Shown piece after piece: positions 21,224 to 34,500 of a DNA stretch of 64,000 nucleotides. The notes beneath the pieces were generated by a model. It saw only the letters and a program-made list of their open reading frames with translations, was not told the origin of the DNA and searched no databases. The stretch's first letter is position 1. Every line of letters starts with the position of its first letter. The position numbers and the translations under genes were made by a program. Origin of the DNA: Oikopleura dioica (lineage: Eukaryota; Animalia; Chordata); assembly GCA_907165135.1 (NCBI GenBank), contig OU015567.1, forward strand, positions 7,626,001-7,690,000, read 5' to 3'.

Positions 21224-22171
21224 ATGCTCCCAAAGATTCCAAATCATTTACCGCCCACAAACAAAGTCGACTATCTCTTGGACTTGTCAGAATTGCTGGT
21301 TATTCACTTGATGGAAGAAACTGGCACCAAAGTGATCCCGTTACAAAGAGTAATCGACTTTATCCTTGAGAACATTCCCAGTAACCTGCCAGTAGGACAA
21401 GAGCTCATCGACGAAATACTCTCATTAATTTCGGCGAATCCTAAAATGACATACAAACTCAAAGCGAGGACGAACCGAATTCTCCATGACGGGAAGAATA
21501 TCCATTTACTCGACGAAAAGTATTGGTTCGGTGAAACCTCCCTCCCATCAGAGCGACCGCCGCTTGGAAGAAAGATAAATCTGCCGGAACATATTTCCAA
21601 TCTTATATTCGATCCTCAAATACGTTTCGAAGCCGTCCGTGGTTTTTGGTTCAGGCCAAAGCAAAATAAAGGCCTTCTTCTTTCGAGATTGGGGCAGATG
21701 ATCGGTCAGACACCACGCTTACCTGCATTCGTTTATAATTTCATTTTAGTACACGATTATGGCTGTTTTGTTACCTATCTGCTACAGTGCTGTCGAGAAT
21801 ACCGCCCGCATTGGAACGAAACTGACGTTAAAATTTACGAAACGCGTCTGAAGGATCAAATCATGCAGCGGATAAAATCAAACCTAAATGTCGCCAGTTG
21901 CCTCGACTTGCCCTACATATCATTCTACACCTTCACTGTCCCTCTCCTCGTTGATTCCAACCTCATCAACTGTTTCCTCACTCACACGGCAGTCAACTAC
22001 GCTCAAGATGGCCTCTTTCTGAAATCCGGACCAGGGCAAGTTTCAGAAAGCTGGGACGATGACAACAGCGAAATGGAGCCTGAAGAAGTCATCACAGAAA
22101 ACTTGAAAAAGCTAGGCGACGATGATATTTTGTCTGTTTACTCCTCATCTTCGCGCACATCATGGAAATAA
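21224..22171 (+). CDS. Uncharacterised intronless protein (~315 aa)
   Basis: Long open frame with tttag|aATG acceptor-like start and downstream AATAAA-like signals. No family recognised. Confidence 0.6.
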   Translation: MLPKIPNHLPPTNKVDYLLDLSELLVIHLMEETGTKVIPLQRVIDFILENIPSNLPVGQELIDEILSLISANPKMTYKLKARTNRILHDGKNIHLLDEKYWFGETSLPSERPPLGRKINLPEHISNLIFDPQIRFEAVRGFWFRPKQNKGLLLSRLGQMIGQTPRLPAFVYNFILVHDYGCFVTYLLQCCREYRPHWNETDVKIYETRLKDQIMQRIKSNLNVASCLDLPYISFYTFTVPLLVDSNLINCFLTHTAVNYAQDGLFLKSGPGQVSESWDDDNSEMEPEEVITENLKKLGDDDILSVYSSSSRTSWK

Positions 22172-22425
22172 CTGTATTTACTGATAATGTTTAAACAACC
22201 CAACTATAGAAAAATCAAATCGATAATAAAATGCCCTCACTTTTTTGTAACAAATTGAACTTTAAAATCGAACCAAACTCTGCCTAACGATCAAACCAAT
22301 TTCGGCGCCAACAAAAACAGTCACTCGCTGAGATAAGAAATCTCTCGCCTTGCATTTTTGTTGTCTCATTTTTAGCCTACCAGAGCACCTTTTACGTTAG
22401 CTGAAGACAGATAGAAATATTTTTT

Positions 22426-23474
22426 ATGAACGATCTCACTTCAGCAATGGATGAGTGGTCCTTTAACGTAAGGGATCAGGCACTTGGCGACAAGACGGGT
22501 ACCGACGACGTCTTTTCCGGTAGCTTTTTCTTGGAAGAAGACAAACCTGGACATGAGAAACAAGTTCGAAGGAGGTAAGAAGAGAATGAAATAAGAGATG
22601 GGTGTCTCTAGGTTAACTTTAAATGTGCAGATGATTGATACAAAATTTTAGCGCTCGGCTTTCATCACGTAAGAAAAAAGGCGTGAAATTTCTCGTGGAA
22701 AAAGAAGCCGAGAAAACTCCACGACCACCGGCAAAGAAGAAGCCCAAGCAGGATCTTCCAGTTCCAAAAATCGAGGAATCGGAGGAAAAACCAAAGAAAG
22801 CCGCTCATGTCGCGGCTAAGAAGGTGGAACCAGTGCGGGCTACTACCAAGGCAGCGACGAAAAAGGTGGAGAAAACTGAGGCACCGAAGCCCTCTACTGC
22901 TTCTCTTCCCAAGCCGGTGGTGAAGGGAAGAAAAACAGAGACGGATCTAGGCGAGTTCTTCAAGTATAAGAACGATAAGGGCAAGGTTCGACGCAGTACG
23001 ACGAATCCACAGCCCTTTAGTTTCATGGTACGCGAAGAACAGAAGAAGAAAGCACGGGAGGCTGCGAAGCAGGCATCAGCTGCTAATGTGTACAAGGACG
23101 ACGAGTTAGAGTTCACCTCTAAGCCGGCCGTCCGAACAACCACTGCTGCAACTGTTAACCGTCTTGCTCAGCCAAAGAAAGTAGCGGCTCCCGTCGACGA
23201 TGAAAAGAAAGAAGCACGACGCATTGCCAAGGCGAGACGAACTACTCGAGCGCTTTCGCCGAAATTTCGCACAGCTGCGCGCGCTGCTTCGCGAAAGTTC
23301 TCCACAACGGAAAATAAACCAGCTGAAGGAACTGAAAAGGAGGAACCCAAGAAGGTAACCGAAAATCAAGATCTTCAGGCATCTCTGACTGATTATTTAG
23401 AATAACACCGAGCGCAAGCCCTTCAAGCCAACGGTCGCAAAGTCGCCAAACTTCCACTACACAGCACGCGCTAA
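22426..23474 (+). CDS. TPX2-like basic microtubule-associated protein
   Basis: K/A/P-rich. Motifs TNPQPFSF, TRALSPKFRT and terminal PTVAKSPNFHYSTR* resemble TPX2 repeats and its C-terminal TVPVSPKFSTRF. Two GT-AG introns. Confidence 0.5.
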
Positions 23475-23833
23475 GAAGCGAGCCTTGGCCGAGCAGAACT
23501 GATTACAACGCTGCTCTGATGCTGCCCAAAACTTTCACCATTTCCACATAACAACCGTTCACCACACAACTTTTTGTATAAAAGAAACTAAAAGAACATC
23601 CTGTGCACTCTAATAAAACTGACTGTTTTACTAAAACGATAATTTTCCCGACATGATCTAAAATTGCATAATTCTTTGCATATTTTTATTCATAAGTCGT
23701 TGTTGTTTTATTTCTAGATTTCTCATGTTTTTTTTTCTCACACATTTTTCGAGCGGTATATTGACAATAGAATCACTTTTTAATCAAATCAGTTGATAAT
23801 TATTCCTGTTTAAGAAATTGTACTCGAAAGAAA

Positions 23834-26800
23834 ATGACTCTTCTTACGAGTCAGTTGATGAAGCTCCGACAGGATGCTTCATCCAATATGGAAATAGATG
23901 CCCGGAAACGCGTCTCAGTCCTGTACACGCCAGAAGAAGCGGCAAAATTGAGCTTGAGCGTCGTCCTTGAACTCGCCCAATCGGGTCTTTCGTTCCTCTC
24001 TGAAATCGATGATAAAATTGTCGAATATGCGGATGATCTTTTCTCGCCCGGATCTGTCGAGCTCGAGCGAAGTATGCTCAAGCCAGAAGATCATAAGATC
24101 CTATCAGACAAGATTCGCTTATTTCTGGTTCATCTTGCCCCGCATTATCTCATCCGAGCAGGTCAAAAGTGTCTTGAATGGCTCCTTGCTAGATATAACG
24201 TCGCAGAAGTTCAATATGCCGACCTTCTTTTCTCCCTGATGCCATATCACTCGACAAACCTTTGGACAAAGGTTGCGTGCCAAATCAAGTTTCAAGGCAA
24301 CTGGCGCTGGTTGAAGAACTACAAGCACGAAGCGATTCATAGGGATGTCATTGTCAAAGAGTTTTCGTTGAACTTGCAGCTCTTATCCGACTTTTACAAG
24401 ATCTTCGAGCTCGCAGCGGATAATGAAACTAATCCGATAGTTGTGTTTGGCATTTCGATTTCAAACCTGCTTGCTACAAAGCCAAAAGAAAGTGTCCTCG
24501 CTGTACTCGTTCAAAGCGTTATGAAAGGTTTCCAATCTGACAAAGTCGCACTTAGAGCTCATGCGATCACCACCATGGCTAGTCTTACTCTTCAAACAAC
24601 GAGTTCTGCTTTGCTCGACGAGTCTTTGGCTAAGAAAATATTGAAGATTTCACTGAAGGATGGATGTCCTCTAAACCTCGAAGCTTTCAACTCTGTTTCT
24701 CTTGTCGCTCATTGCTCAGAAATTGAAAGTTTGCCATCGAAATTTTTCACCCGCACGATGAAGTACATTGCTGAAGGTTCTATGCTTCCTCAAATTTCCA
24801 AAAGCTCAGCGAAAGTCTTTCTTCTCCTCTTGAACCAAGCAACTCCCCTTGCTCTTGAAGAAGATCAATCAGCTTTGGCGACTGTCGAGTACATCTTGCA
24901 TCAGCAAAGTTCGCATATAGATATTTCAAGCGCTTTGGAATTTGTCGTTGCGTCTGATTCCGATAGTAAGGGAGCGTTATTGGCGTTGTTCAGACGCTCT
25001 TGTAACGCTGACCTTCTTCCGAAGATCATGAATGTTTTGACAATTGAAGATACAAGTAAACTTCCTGCGGAAGTACTCATCCAACACCCTGAAAAGAAGA
25101 TAAGAATGAATGCGCTCTCAAAGCTTGAAAAAGTCCCTGAAAACGAAAATCTTCTGCGCTCTTTCATCGACGGAGAAAATGAAAGCGATTTGGTCACTCT
25201 TGCGTTTGAAAAAATCGAACTCAGCAAACGACACGTTCCTTTCGTTTGTAACCAAGCGTTGAGGTTAAACAAGCCAGATTTACTTGAAACGTGTGCGGCG
25301 CTAGAAGATTTGCAAAACTTTGAAAAATACAAGTTGCTCGCCTACTCGATGGCATTGGGAAATGAAGAGTCTGTTTCGAAATCTCTCGGAGGTTCTCGAG
25401 TCGCAAACTGTAGCTTCGTCGACTTTGATGAGCTCATAAAAATCATGGAAACGGACAAATTGGGAGATGCCTTGAAAGCAATTTCCAAGGATGTAGCACG
25501 GACAGGTTTGATACTAGTGTTATGTGAATAAACTAAATTTAATTTCAAGAAACGAATCAAGTCGATAAAGTAACTCGACTTCTGAAACTCAGCAAAAGCT
25601 CCAGCGATCGTTTATCGGCGAGTTGTTTGGAATTAAGCTGCCGATTCATATTACCGACAAGTTCGCTTTCTTCGCCCTTTCTTGTCCAAATCTTCTTGGA
25701 AATTTTATCAACGAGCATTTGCCCAAGAATGTGGAGCTCGAAGTCTCAAACAAGGTAAAAATTATCAACAAGTAGAACTCAACTAACATTGTCAGGTAAC
25801 TGCCGGTCGATTTTTCGCGCGTCTTGCGTTCCGGCATACAGAAGGAGTCGGCCCTGCTCTCATGGTCATCAAACTCTTAGGTAAGCGGTTATCAAAAAGT
25901 TTTTCTTAGAACTTATTTTTAAAGGATCCACAGAAGAGTATTGTCCGGTGATTGAGCTTTTGGCCCTACTTGGAATGTCCAATACTGAGGATTCAACAAG
26001 ATCACTTGCTTTCGAAATTTTCGAGGGCATCCAGGCATCTCGTGATTCGGAAGATAAAGTCGCAAAGAAAATCATTAAAAAGAAAGGAGAAATCCTCTCT
26101 GATGGCAAGCAGCTAAAGCAAGTTCTTGGTCGAATAGTCGAAAAACAAGGAGCTGAGAACTGGTCTCTTTTACACGGTCAACTTTCTCGATTTGGTTTGC
26201 CGAAGCTTCTTGAGCTCTGTTCTGCCAATCTCGCGGATTATGTCGTCCCTGCTTTTATTGAAAAACGATCTCTTGATACAAGCCATGCTTACTTCACCTC
26301 ATTATTTGCGCTGATGCAAAACATGACAACCGACATTTCCAACAACACTGTCGACGCTATCGATAATCAACTATCTTCCGGTCTTCTCAGTGGTCAAAAC
26401 ACTTCTGAGTTGCTTGTTGCCTTGTCAGGAAAAGCGTTTTCCTCGAAACAGAAGCAAATATCTCTGGCTAAGAAGCTCCTCTCGATTGCGCATGAAAGTG
26501 CGCAGACAAATTCTGGCATTTCGGAAGCGACTGTCGGCTATTTGAAAAATTTGCCTTCAGCAGTCATCAAAAGCATTCTTGCTGGCTGCCGCAAAACTAA
26601 CGAAAAGACCAGTTTAACAAGAGCAAAGAAAGCTAAGAAAGACCAGCCTGAATTCACTCTTGAATTTGTACTCTTCGTAATTGAGCGATTGAGCTCATTC
26701 GACCAACTTGCTAATGAGATCAACGACATTTTCGAAGACTCGCTGGGCAACGAAGGCAACACAGAAAACATGATTCAAACGCGTGTTGTTGGCCTAGCTG

Positions 26801-29800
26801 CTTCAACGAAATTCGACAAGCTTAGGCCCGAATTGCTCGTTGAAGTTGTGAGACGCTGTTCCGCCCGAGGAAATGATGATGGAAATATGCTTCTTGTCTC
26901 CGCGCTTTCCTTATTGTCATCAATGGCTAGGTGTAATAGTAGAAAAATCGACCCCCCGATCGCCCTTTTTAAACTTTTAATTTCATGCAGAATAAGAATC
27001 CTTATGTCGCGGCGATCATTTTGGTACCAAATTCATCGCAATCGGACTTGGTTTTCGGCCGATAAGGAGCATTTGAAGGCCCAAAATAAGCACTAGAAAT
27101 TTTCTAGCGCCCGGAAAGGGATGAATACTCCATCTCATCAGTACGCCACTTGTTCCAGATTGTAGAGCAGGCTCTACTCTATCGGAATCTACTCGCAAAA
27201 GTTGTGAACAGGGGCTCTAGTGAGAACCAGCGCCCGAAGAAGGTCGAAAAATGAAGCAAAATTGGGGTGAAATCATCAGTCTGAGATCATGGAAGTCAAA
27301 TTTGGCCTTGATTTTGCCCCATTTTTTGAGCTTCTTCGGGCGCTGGTTCTCACGAGGGCCCCTGTTCACAACTTCTGCGAGTAGATTCCGATAGAGTAGA
27401 GCCTGCTCTACAATCTGGAACAAGTGGCGTACTGATGAGATGGAGTATTCATCCCTTTCCGGGCGCTAGAAAATTTCTAGTGCTTATTTTGGGCCTTCAA
27501 ATGCTCCTTATCGGCCGAAAACCAAGTCCGATTGCGATGAATTTGGTACCAAAATGATCGCCGCGACCTAGGGATTCTTATTCTGCATGAAATTAGAAGT
27601 TAAAAAAGGGCGATCATGAGGGCGATTTTTCTACCGTTACACCTATCAATGGCATCGAAGACACCCGACAAGGTGCTTCAAAGCTTGATGTCTGTTTTCA
27701 CTTTCATGGGCGCCGGGTTGCTCCCACGAGCTGACGATCGCTATTCCTTCCATTCGATTCAAGAAACCATCAAATGCGTAGTCCCACCACTTTTGAAAGC
27801 TTCGGGAAAACGTAATCAACTTGGAAATATTCTTGACGTTTTCTGCACGGCACTTCCTCATGTTCCTGTTCATCGACAAGGAGCTGTTTTTGAGTCTCTA
27901 ATTATCAGATGCGATCCAGAAAAGGCCCTCTGGTTGACTCTTGTTCAGCTAGCCGTTAAACACGTGAAAAATTTCAACGGAGAAGGAAAAGACGAATCCA
28001 TATTGGATCCCTCTGTTTACACAGAACTCATGTCTCTTTTGGTCAAGCGATTTCCCGTTGAAGTTGTTCTCCAGGCTGCAGTTGAAATACTTTCGTTCTT
28101 GAAGGAAACTGGCTTCGATGCTTCTGATGAACTTGATTTGAAAATGAATACTAAACTCACTGGTGGACGAGTTATGCAGGTCAATTTCTATTTAGTCTCT
28201 TTCCTCAACAGATTGTTTGGATCAATGGACTTCCTTCATACACAACTAGCGCAGATCACTGATGTCGAGCAAGAATCAATCGTTCAAATTTACAGAGAGC
28301 TTCTTGAGAAGTCCTTTGCTTACACGGAAACAGTACAGCCACGACAGAGCGAAAAAACCTTCAAGGGTCTGGCGTCGAAGGTCAACGGAATTATTGAGAA
28401 GATTCTTGGTCTTCTACCTAGCGTTGAGTTCGCCCAGTGCGTAACAGGACTCCTTATGAATTCTCTAAAAACATCAACTGACTGGTTGACTCTTCAATCG
28501 CTCGAAGTTCTCTGTACTCGCCTGAGACGCAGTGATGCTGATGAAACGGAGACACTTATCGAAGCTGGTATTCTGGAACACTTGGCGAAAGTCTTCGAAA
28601 ATGAGTCCATCACATGTATCAATCTCGCCGCAAAGTCTGTTAAATTGCTAGCGAAGCTTTCTGGAGAGCATCAACTCAAAAAATTCAAAGGATTGATGCC
28701 TTCGCTGAAGAAGCTTTTGACTGCGTCTGATAAGTGCCATATTGGAATGAAAGATAGCGCTTTCGGACCCGTTGTTCTCTGCTGCGCTGTTCTTTTGGCA
28801 AGATTGAAAGTTCAGGTAAAAATATTTTGCCAAAAGTCTTCTAATTATGTCAAAATTATAGGCACTGGGGCATTTGAACTGGACTATTGAATCAATCATC
28901 GCGGGTATCACGAAGGCTGACTCTGAAACGCTCAAAATTATTACCGTTGCATCGCTTGGAAAAATTTTGTCGGAAATGAGTGGGTTCGTATCCCCACACT
29001 TGCCAATGATTTTGACGGCACTCAGCCAGTTTTCACTAAAGAACGATTCTGAATTGGAACGACGAGTTGCTATTTGCATCAAAGAACTTGGTAAGCCAAA
29101 TTTTAAAGACTTTTTTTTTTATCATTTTTAGGCGGCTTTCCTTCCAGAGTTCTTCTTCCTGAGATCGCCTCTGTTTACTCGACTTTGGACGGCAGCTCTG
29201 TTGTGACTCTCCTAGCGATTGTCGAAAAGCACATTGATAGTTTGGAAAAAGGAGCTGCTGTTAGACAACAGTCAGTTTTCCAGGACTTTTTCTTGCGTGC
29301 TCTGGCTTTCAGAGAGGAACATCCGGACATCGATGCTGCTTCTGCTACTGAAATTGAAACTGCAACTTGTAACGCAATGGTGCAGTTGGCTCTTCGACTT
29401 CCTGAAGCTTCTTTGAGGTGCAAACATCCATGAAAATAGAATTTCAATCGATTTTTAGACCTTTCTTGTTCAAGACATTCAACTGGGCGGCAAATGAAGG
29501 GGGTGGAGCTGCTCGGCTATTCCCACTTTACATACTTTATGGGAAGATGACTGAGGTCATGAAGTCAATGTTCCTCATCTTTACAGGATCACTTACACCG
29601 CACTTTATTGATATTTTGGTAACTCGTTCTTTTCCCCCATATTGTGTTGATTCTTTGCTTTAGCCCAAGATCACGGACAGAAGCAATGCATTTACGAATT
29701 CTGCACCGCTGAAGACCGAATTACTCCGACGAATGCTACAAGTTCTCTCGCTCATTTTCGTGAATGACACTGGAGAGTTTTTGGATGAAAGCGCGATCAA

Positions 29801-30228
29801 TGATCTTATTCCATTACTGATTGACTTGTTGGAACACAATGAGCTTGCTGATTACGACTCTTTCTGCAAGAAAGATTTGGTAAGAGCCTGTATTCCTAAC
29901 ACAGAAAGTAAATTTCATGTAGATTCCTTGTATTTCCCATGCCGCGACTGCAATCAGCGATGATGCTCTCTGGCGGCCTTTGAACTATCGATTGCTTTTG
30001 AAAACGAGAAATGAGAATGCCGAAGTTCGTCTCGCAGCTTTGGATTGCCTTGACGACCTGATTGACAAGCTCGGAGATGATTGCCAGACTCTGCTTCAAG
30101 AATCTGCACCGCAGTTCTTCTCTGAGCTGCTGGAGGATGACGATGAACGAGTAGAAAAGAAGATGCAGGAGACCATCGCCAAACTTGAACAAGTCTTCGG
30201 CGAAAGCGTCCAATCTTACTTTACATAA
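23834..30228 (+). CDS. HEATR1: HEAT repeat-containing protein 1 / UTP10, interrupted by a foldback element
   Basis: N-terminus MTLLTSQLMKL...LFSPGSVELERS...FLVHLAPHY...KCLEWLL, central PDKVLQSLMSVFTFMG...YSFHSIQETI, BP28CT region and C-terminal FFSELLEDDDERVE...LEQVFGESVQSYF. Confidence 0.92.
26928..27645. mobile_element. Foldback hAT-like MITE (718 bp) in a HEATR1 coding exon
   Basis: 8-bp TSD TCAATGGC (26920-26927, 27646-27653), termini TAGGTGTAA/TTACACCTA and ~310-bp near-perfect inverted arms around a short spacer. Confidence 0.93.
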
Positions 30229-30309
30229 ACTCCTATCGACTGTTTACCCGAATGAATAATAAAAAAAACTTGATAAAAATGATAATTTTGTGACATTATT
30301 AGATCTAAA

Positions 30310-31374
30310 ATGAGTGGAACGGAAAGCTGTCCCGCAGGAACAGAAATGGCTGGCAAGGCGTCAGCTTGTGAAGGCTGCCCGAGTAGAAATATTTGCGCCT
30401 CTGGGTAGAGTTCTTTGATAGTTGATAGCAAGGGGAAGTAAATCTTTTGTGCGCCGGTAAAGAACTCTTTTCTTGGTGCAACTGGGCCAGACCCTGATAT
30501 TGCGAAAATTGCAAGTTGCTTGAAAGACGTGAAGAACAAAATCGTTGTCTTATCCGGAAAAGGCGGCGTTGGAAAGTCGACCGTATCGTCTCTCTTAGCG
30601 AGATCGTTAGCGAAAAATGAGGAACTGGAAATCGGTCTTTTGGATATCGACATAACGGGACCTAGTCAGCCTCTGTTTATGGGAGTGAAGAATGAAGAGG
30701 TGCACAAGAGTGCGTCTGGATGGACTCCAGTTTATGCTGATGAGAATTTAGCTGTGATGAGTGCTGGATTTTTGCTCGCTCATGATGCAGCGCTTGTTTG
30801 GGGCGGCGCTAGAGTATGTTATTCAGCAAAGCCATTTTTAACAAATTCTATAATAGAAAAATGGTCTCTTGAAAAACTTTCTCAAAGAAGTTGAATGGGG
30901 AAGCTTGGACTATTTGTTGATTGACTCCCCTCCTGGAACTTCGGACGAGCACATGTCGATCACTTCCTTATTGAAAGACGCAGGAATTACCGGAGCAGTT
31001 CTAGTCACTACTCCCTCGAAAGTTGCTCTGATTGATGTTCAAAGACAGCTAGCATTTTGTAGAAAAGGTGAAATTTGCGGATAGATTTAAAATAACAGGT
31101 TTTAGTCGATTTGAAAATAATCGGGTTAATCGAAAATATGGCCGGGTTCGTTTGTCCCAAGTGCACGAAAGAGAGCGAAATTTTCCGAAAATCAGCGGGC
31201 GGCGTCGAGGAGTTCTGCCGAAACAATGATGTTCCTTATCTGGGTGCATTACCGATTGATCCTAAAATCTGCCAAGCAATGGACACGGGTGAAAATCCGG
31301 TTGAAATCGATTCGCCCGCGATCAAAAAATTGAACGAAATCTGTGAGCACATTCAATCAAATAGTCAGCAATAA
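30310..31374 (+). CDS. NUBP1: Cytosolic Fe-S cluster assembly factor NUBP1/Nbp35
   Basis: N-terminal CPAG...ACEGCPSRNICASG, P-loop SGKGGVGKST, LLDIDITGPS, DYLLIDSPPGTSDEH and ENMAGFVCPKC. Confidence 0.93.
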
Positions 31375-31591
31375 TGATGATTCTAGTACATTCTACCGAT
31401 TCATCCCTTGTTTTTGAAATTTTTCAAAAAAATTTTTTCTCTAGAATGCCTCTCTATGTTTTTGAAAAAATCACAGTTGCCTCATTCGCTCAGCTTTACA
31501 GGTACGAATAAGTGATATTATGGTTTTTTTTAAAAGCATTTATGGGTTAATCGGGGATTTTTATTCGTTTTAGGGACCCTTCTTACACAAA

Positions 31592-34500
31592 ATGGAAGGG
31601 GCTCGAAGGCGTCAAAGCGCCTTTCAGGCCAGCTCGAATCGTCGGCAGTCACTCACGACTATGAATCTACAAAAATACCAAGAATCCCTGAAGGTAAATT
31701 ATATTCTCCCAATTATACGCTAATTTTTGAATAGGAACGCACCGCAAAGTTCAAAGCTGAACGAGAGGAGCGTAAAGGGGCAATTGGACCCGTGCATAAG
31801 CGAATTTGTGACTACTTGGCTCACCATGTCATGTACATCACTCCTGAGGATGCCGAAGAGCACATCATCGACTCTCAGAAGCAAATGGATCTGATCGAGG
31901 ACTTCATGAAAAAGGGTGGCAAGCGCACTTTGCTCGTCTACGTTCAAATGTGCGAACCACCAGCATTGGAGACCGGTCGAAGTGGTCAGGTAAATAATCG
32001 TGTTCTAGAGATTAGATAGAAAATTTTCTAGCAGAAAGAACCCTCGGTTAGAGCGTTCGTCACAGATTGCAAAGACGCTCCTTGCACTGGAAAGATCGTC
32101 TTTTTCCACAAAAAAGATGTTGCCCTAAACGCCCGAAACTGCGCCGACGAAATGACGATGCAATTTATCGATCTGGCCCAATATTCTGGAGCTGTGCTTC
32201 CAGCTCTGCGTGAACACATGCAAAAATGTCTGATCCCATCTATTGAACAGGTAAACCTTTTCTTCATTACAGTTGATAAAAATGTATCTCAGTATGAAAA
32301 CTGGGGACCTCTCAAAGCTAACAAGCAAGGACTCCAGCAAATCGACGCTTTCCGTCGAACACTCAGAAACTTCGAAAATTACCTGGCCTCCGCTCAAAAT
32401 AATATCGAAGGCGCCGTCACTTTGAAAACGTCCGCCAACGAAGCTGTCAACAACATCGACGAATTCAAAGTAGAAGAACTCGCCAAGGACGCAGACTTTG
32501 TCAAGGAAGTCGAAGTTATTGTTCTTGAATGGAGCCACCAGATTGAACAGGTAAAATTCGCATATTTCAACTTTTTTCTAAAGGGCACTTTTAGGTCTTG
32601 GCAGAATCGTCTCAAATGCGAAAAGAAGCTGACGATATCGGTCCACTGGCTGAGCTTGAACACTGGCAGTACCTTACTGCACGCTTCAACTCCTTCCTCG
32701 AGCAGCTCAAGCAAGCACGATGCAAGAACGCCATTGCCGTTCTCGTCTTTGCCAAGTCCAAAGTCCTCAACAGCTGGAAACAGATTGACATGCAGATCAC
32801 CGATCACGCCAACGAAGCAACCGATAACGTCCGCTACCTCAGCTCGCTCGAAGCCGCCTGCGAGCCCCTCTACGGCTCCGATCCAACTGGCATGATCGAG
32901 CACATTCCTAACCTCATCAAAGTCATCTCAAACATCTACCAGATCTCTCGCTACTACAACACTTCTCAGCGAATGACCTCCATCCTCATCAAAGTCACCA
33001 ACCAAATGGTAACCGCCTGTAACAAGTACATCACCGACTCCGGTAAACTCACTGTCTGGGAGCAAGACGTCGACGTCGTCCAGCGAAAGATTAAAGAATG
33101 CATCCTCCTCCACGACAAATATATCGAGCATTACGAAGCTGAACAGCTCCGTCTCAAAAACGCCGCCAACGATGGCCGAATTGACCCGACCAAGCAGTTC
33201 GACTTCTCCGAAATCTACATCTTCGGCAAGTTCGAAAACTTTGTCAAGCGAGTGACCAGCATCAAGAACCTCCTTGAAACTATTGAAGGCTACCGTGGCA
33301 TCGCCAAATGCCACATCGACGGAATCGACTCAATCAACGCTTCTTTCAACGGTATTGTCGCCACCATCCGTAAGAAGCGATACGACGTTCTTGATCACCG
33401 AAAGACTGAGTTCAACACCGACTATAAAAACTTCCGCAACGACATGGACAAGCTTGAACAACAGCTTATCAACTTCATGGACTCTACTTTTGACAAGCTC
33501 AACACAATCGAGCAATTTGAAGCCATGATGGACCGATTCCGCAAGCTTGACTTCCCATGCCTGCGCGATGAGCTTCCAGCGAAATACGAGATTTACGCTC
33601 AGCTTTACAAGGAGCGTCTTGAATCCATTCAGCGAGAGTACAACGATCGACGAGTATCTGATACTTGGCACATTCCCCAAGATTGGCCAAAGACCCCCGG
33701 TATCGTCCGTCAAATGGAATTCTTCCTCTTCCGAATCACCCAGCCAATGCAAGTCATCCAAGCTAATGCGCCTCACCTGATCAAGAGCAACAACAAAAAA
33801 TACAAGAACTTCGCGAACTTGATCTCAATGCACAACAAGCTCGGAGAAATTTGCGTTGAATGGGCTCGAATGAACTACCTCAAGTGGGCTGAAACTGTCG
33901 ATCACGATGTACGAGTCGCTCTTCACGCACCTATCCTCTTCCGTGATCAAAAAGGCAACTACTGGGTTAACTTTGACCCGAAGCTCGATCAAATCCACCG
34001 AGAAGCAAAGTACTTCAAGCGCATTGGCGAGCAGTACAACTGTACTGATTCCTATCCGTTGACTAAAGGAGCAGAAGACATGCTTCGACGATATGCCGCT
34101 ATTCGAACAGTTAAGATTAATGCTGAGGATCTTATTCGTCGATATACCCACGAAACCGGCCGAATCCCACGAATCTTCCAGTCCGTTCTCGACAAGCATC
34201 TTCGACGAGTCAGAAGCGCCATGAACCGAGGTCTCCTAGATGTCACCTGGTCCTCACTTATCCAGGAGCGGTTCTTTAAAAAATGTAATGACGAGCTCGA
34301 TAATCTCAGCAAGATTATCAGCGAAACTTTGGATATTAAAAACGAGCGAATCGACACGGTTTTCGCTGAGATCTCATCTTTTGATCTCATCGAAATCGAC
34401 GAAGATGCAACTTTTGAGCCTGCTGAATTCCTGAACGAGGTTCAAAAGCAAGCAGCTGCTGGTGGAGTTGAGCTTGAAAAGCTTTCTCAGCGAGTTGAAG

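Noticed and set aside
27016-27423. ORFs within the HEATR1 foldback element
   Set aside because: They lie within inverted-repeat arms and show no transposase motifs.
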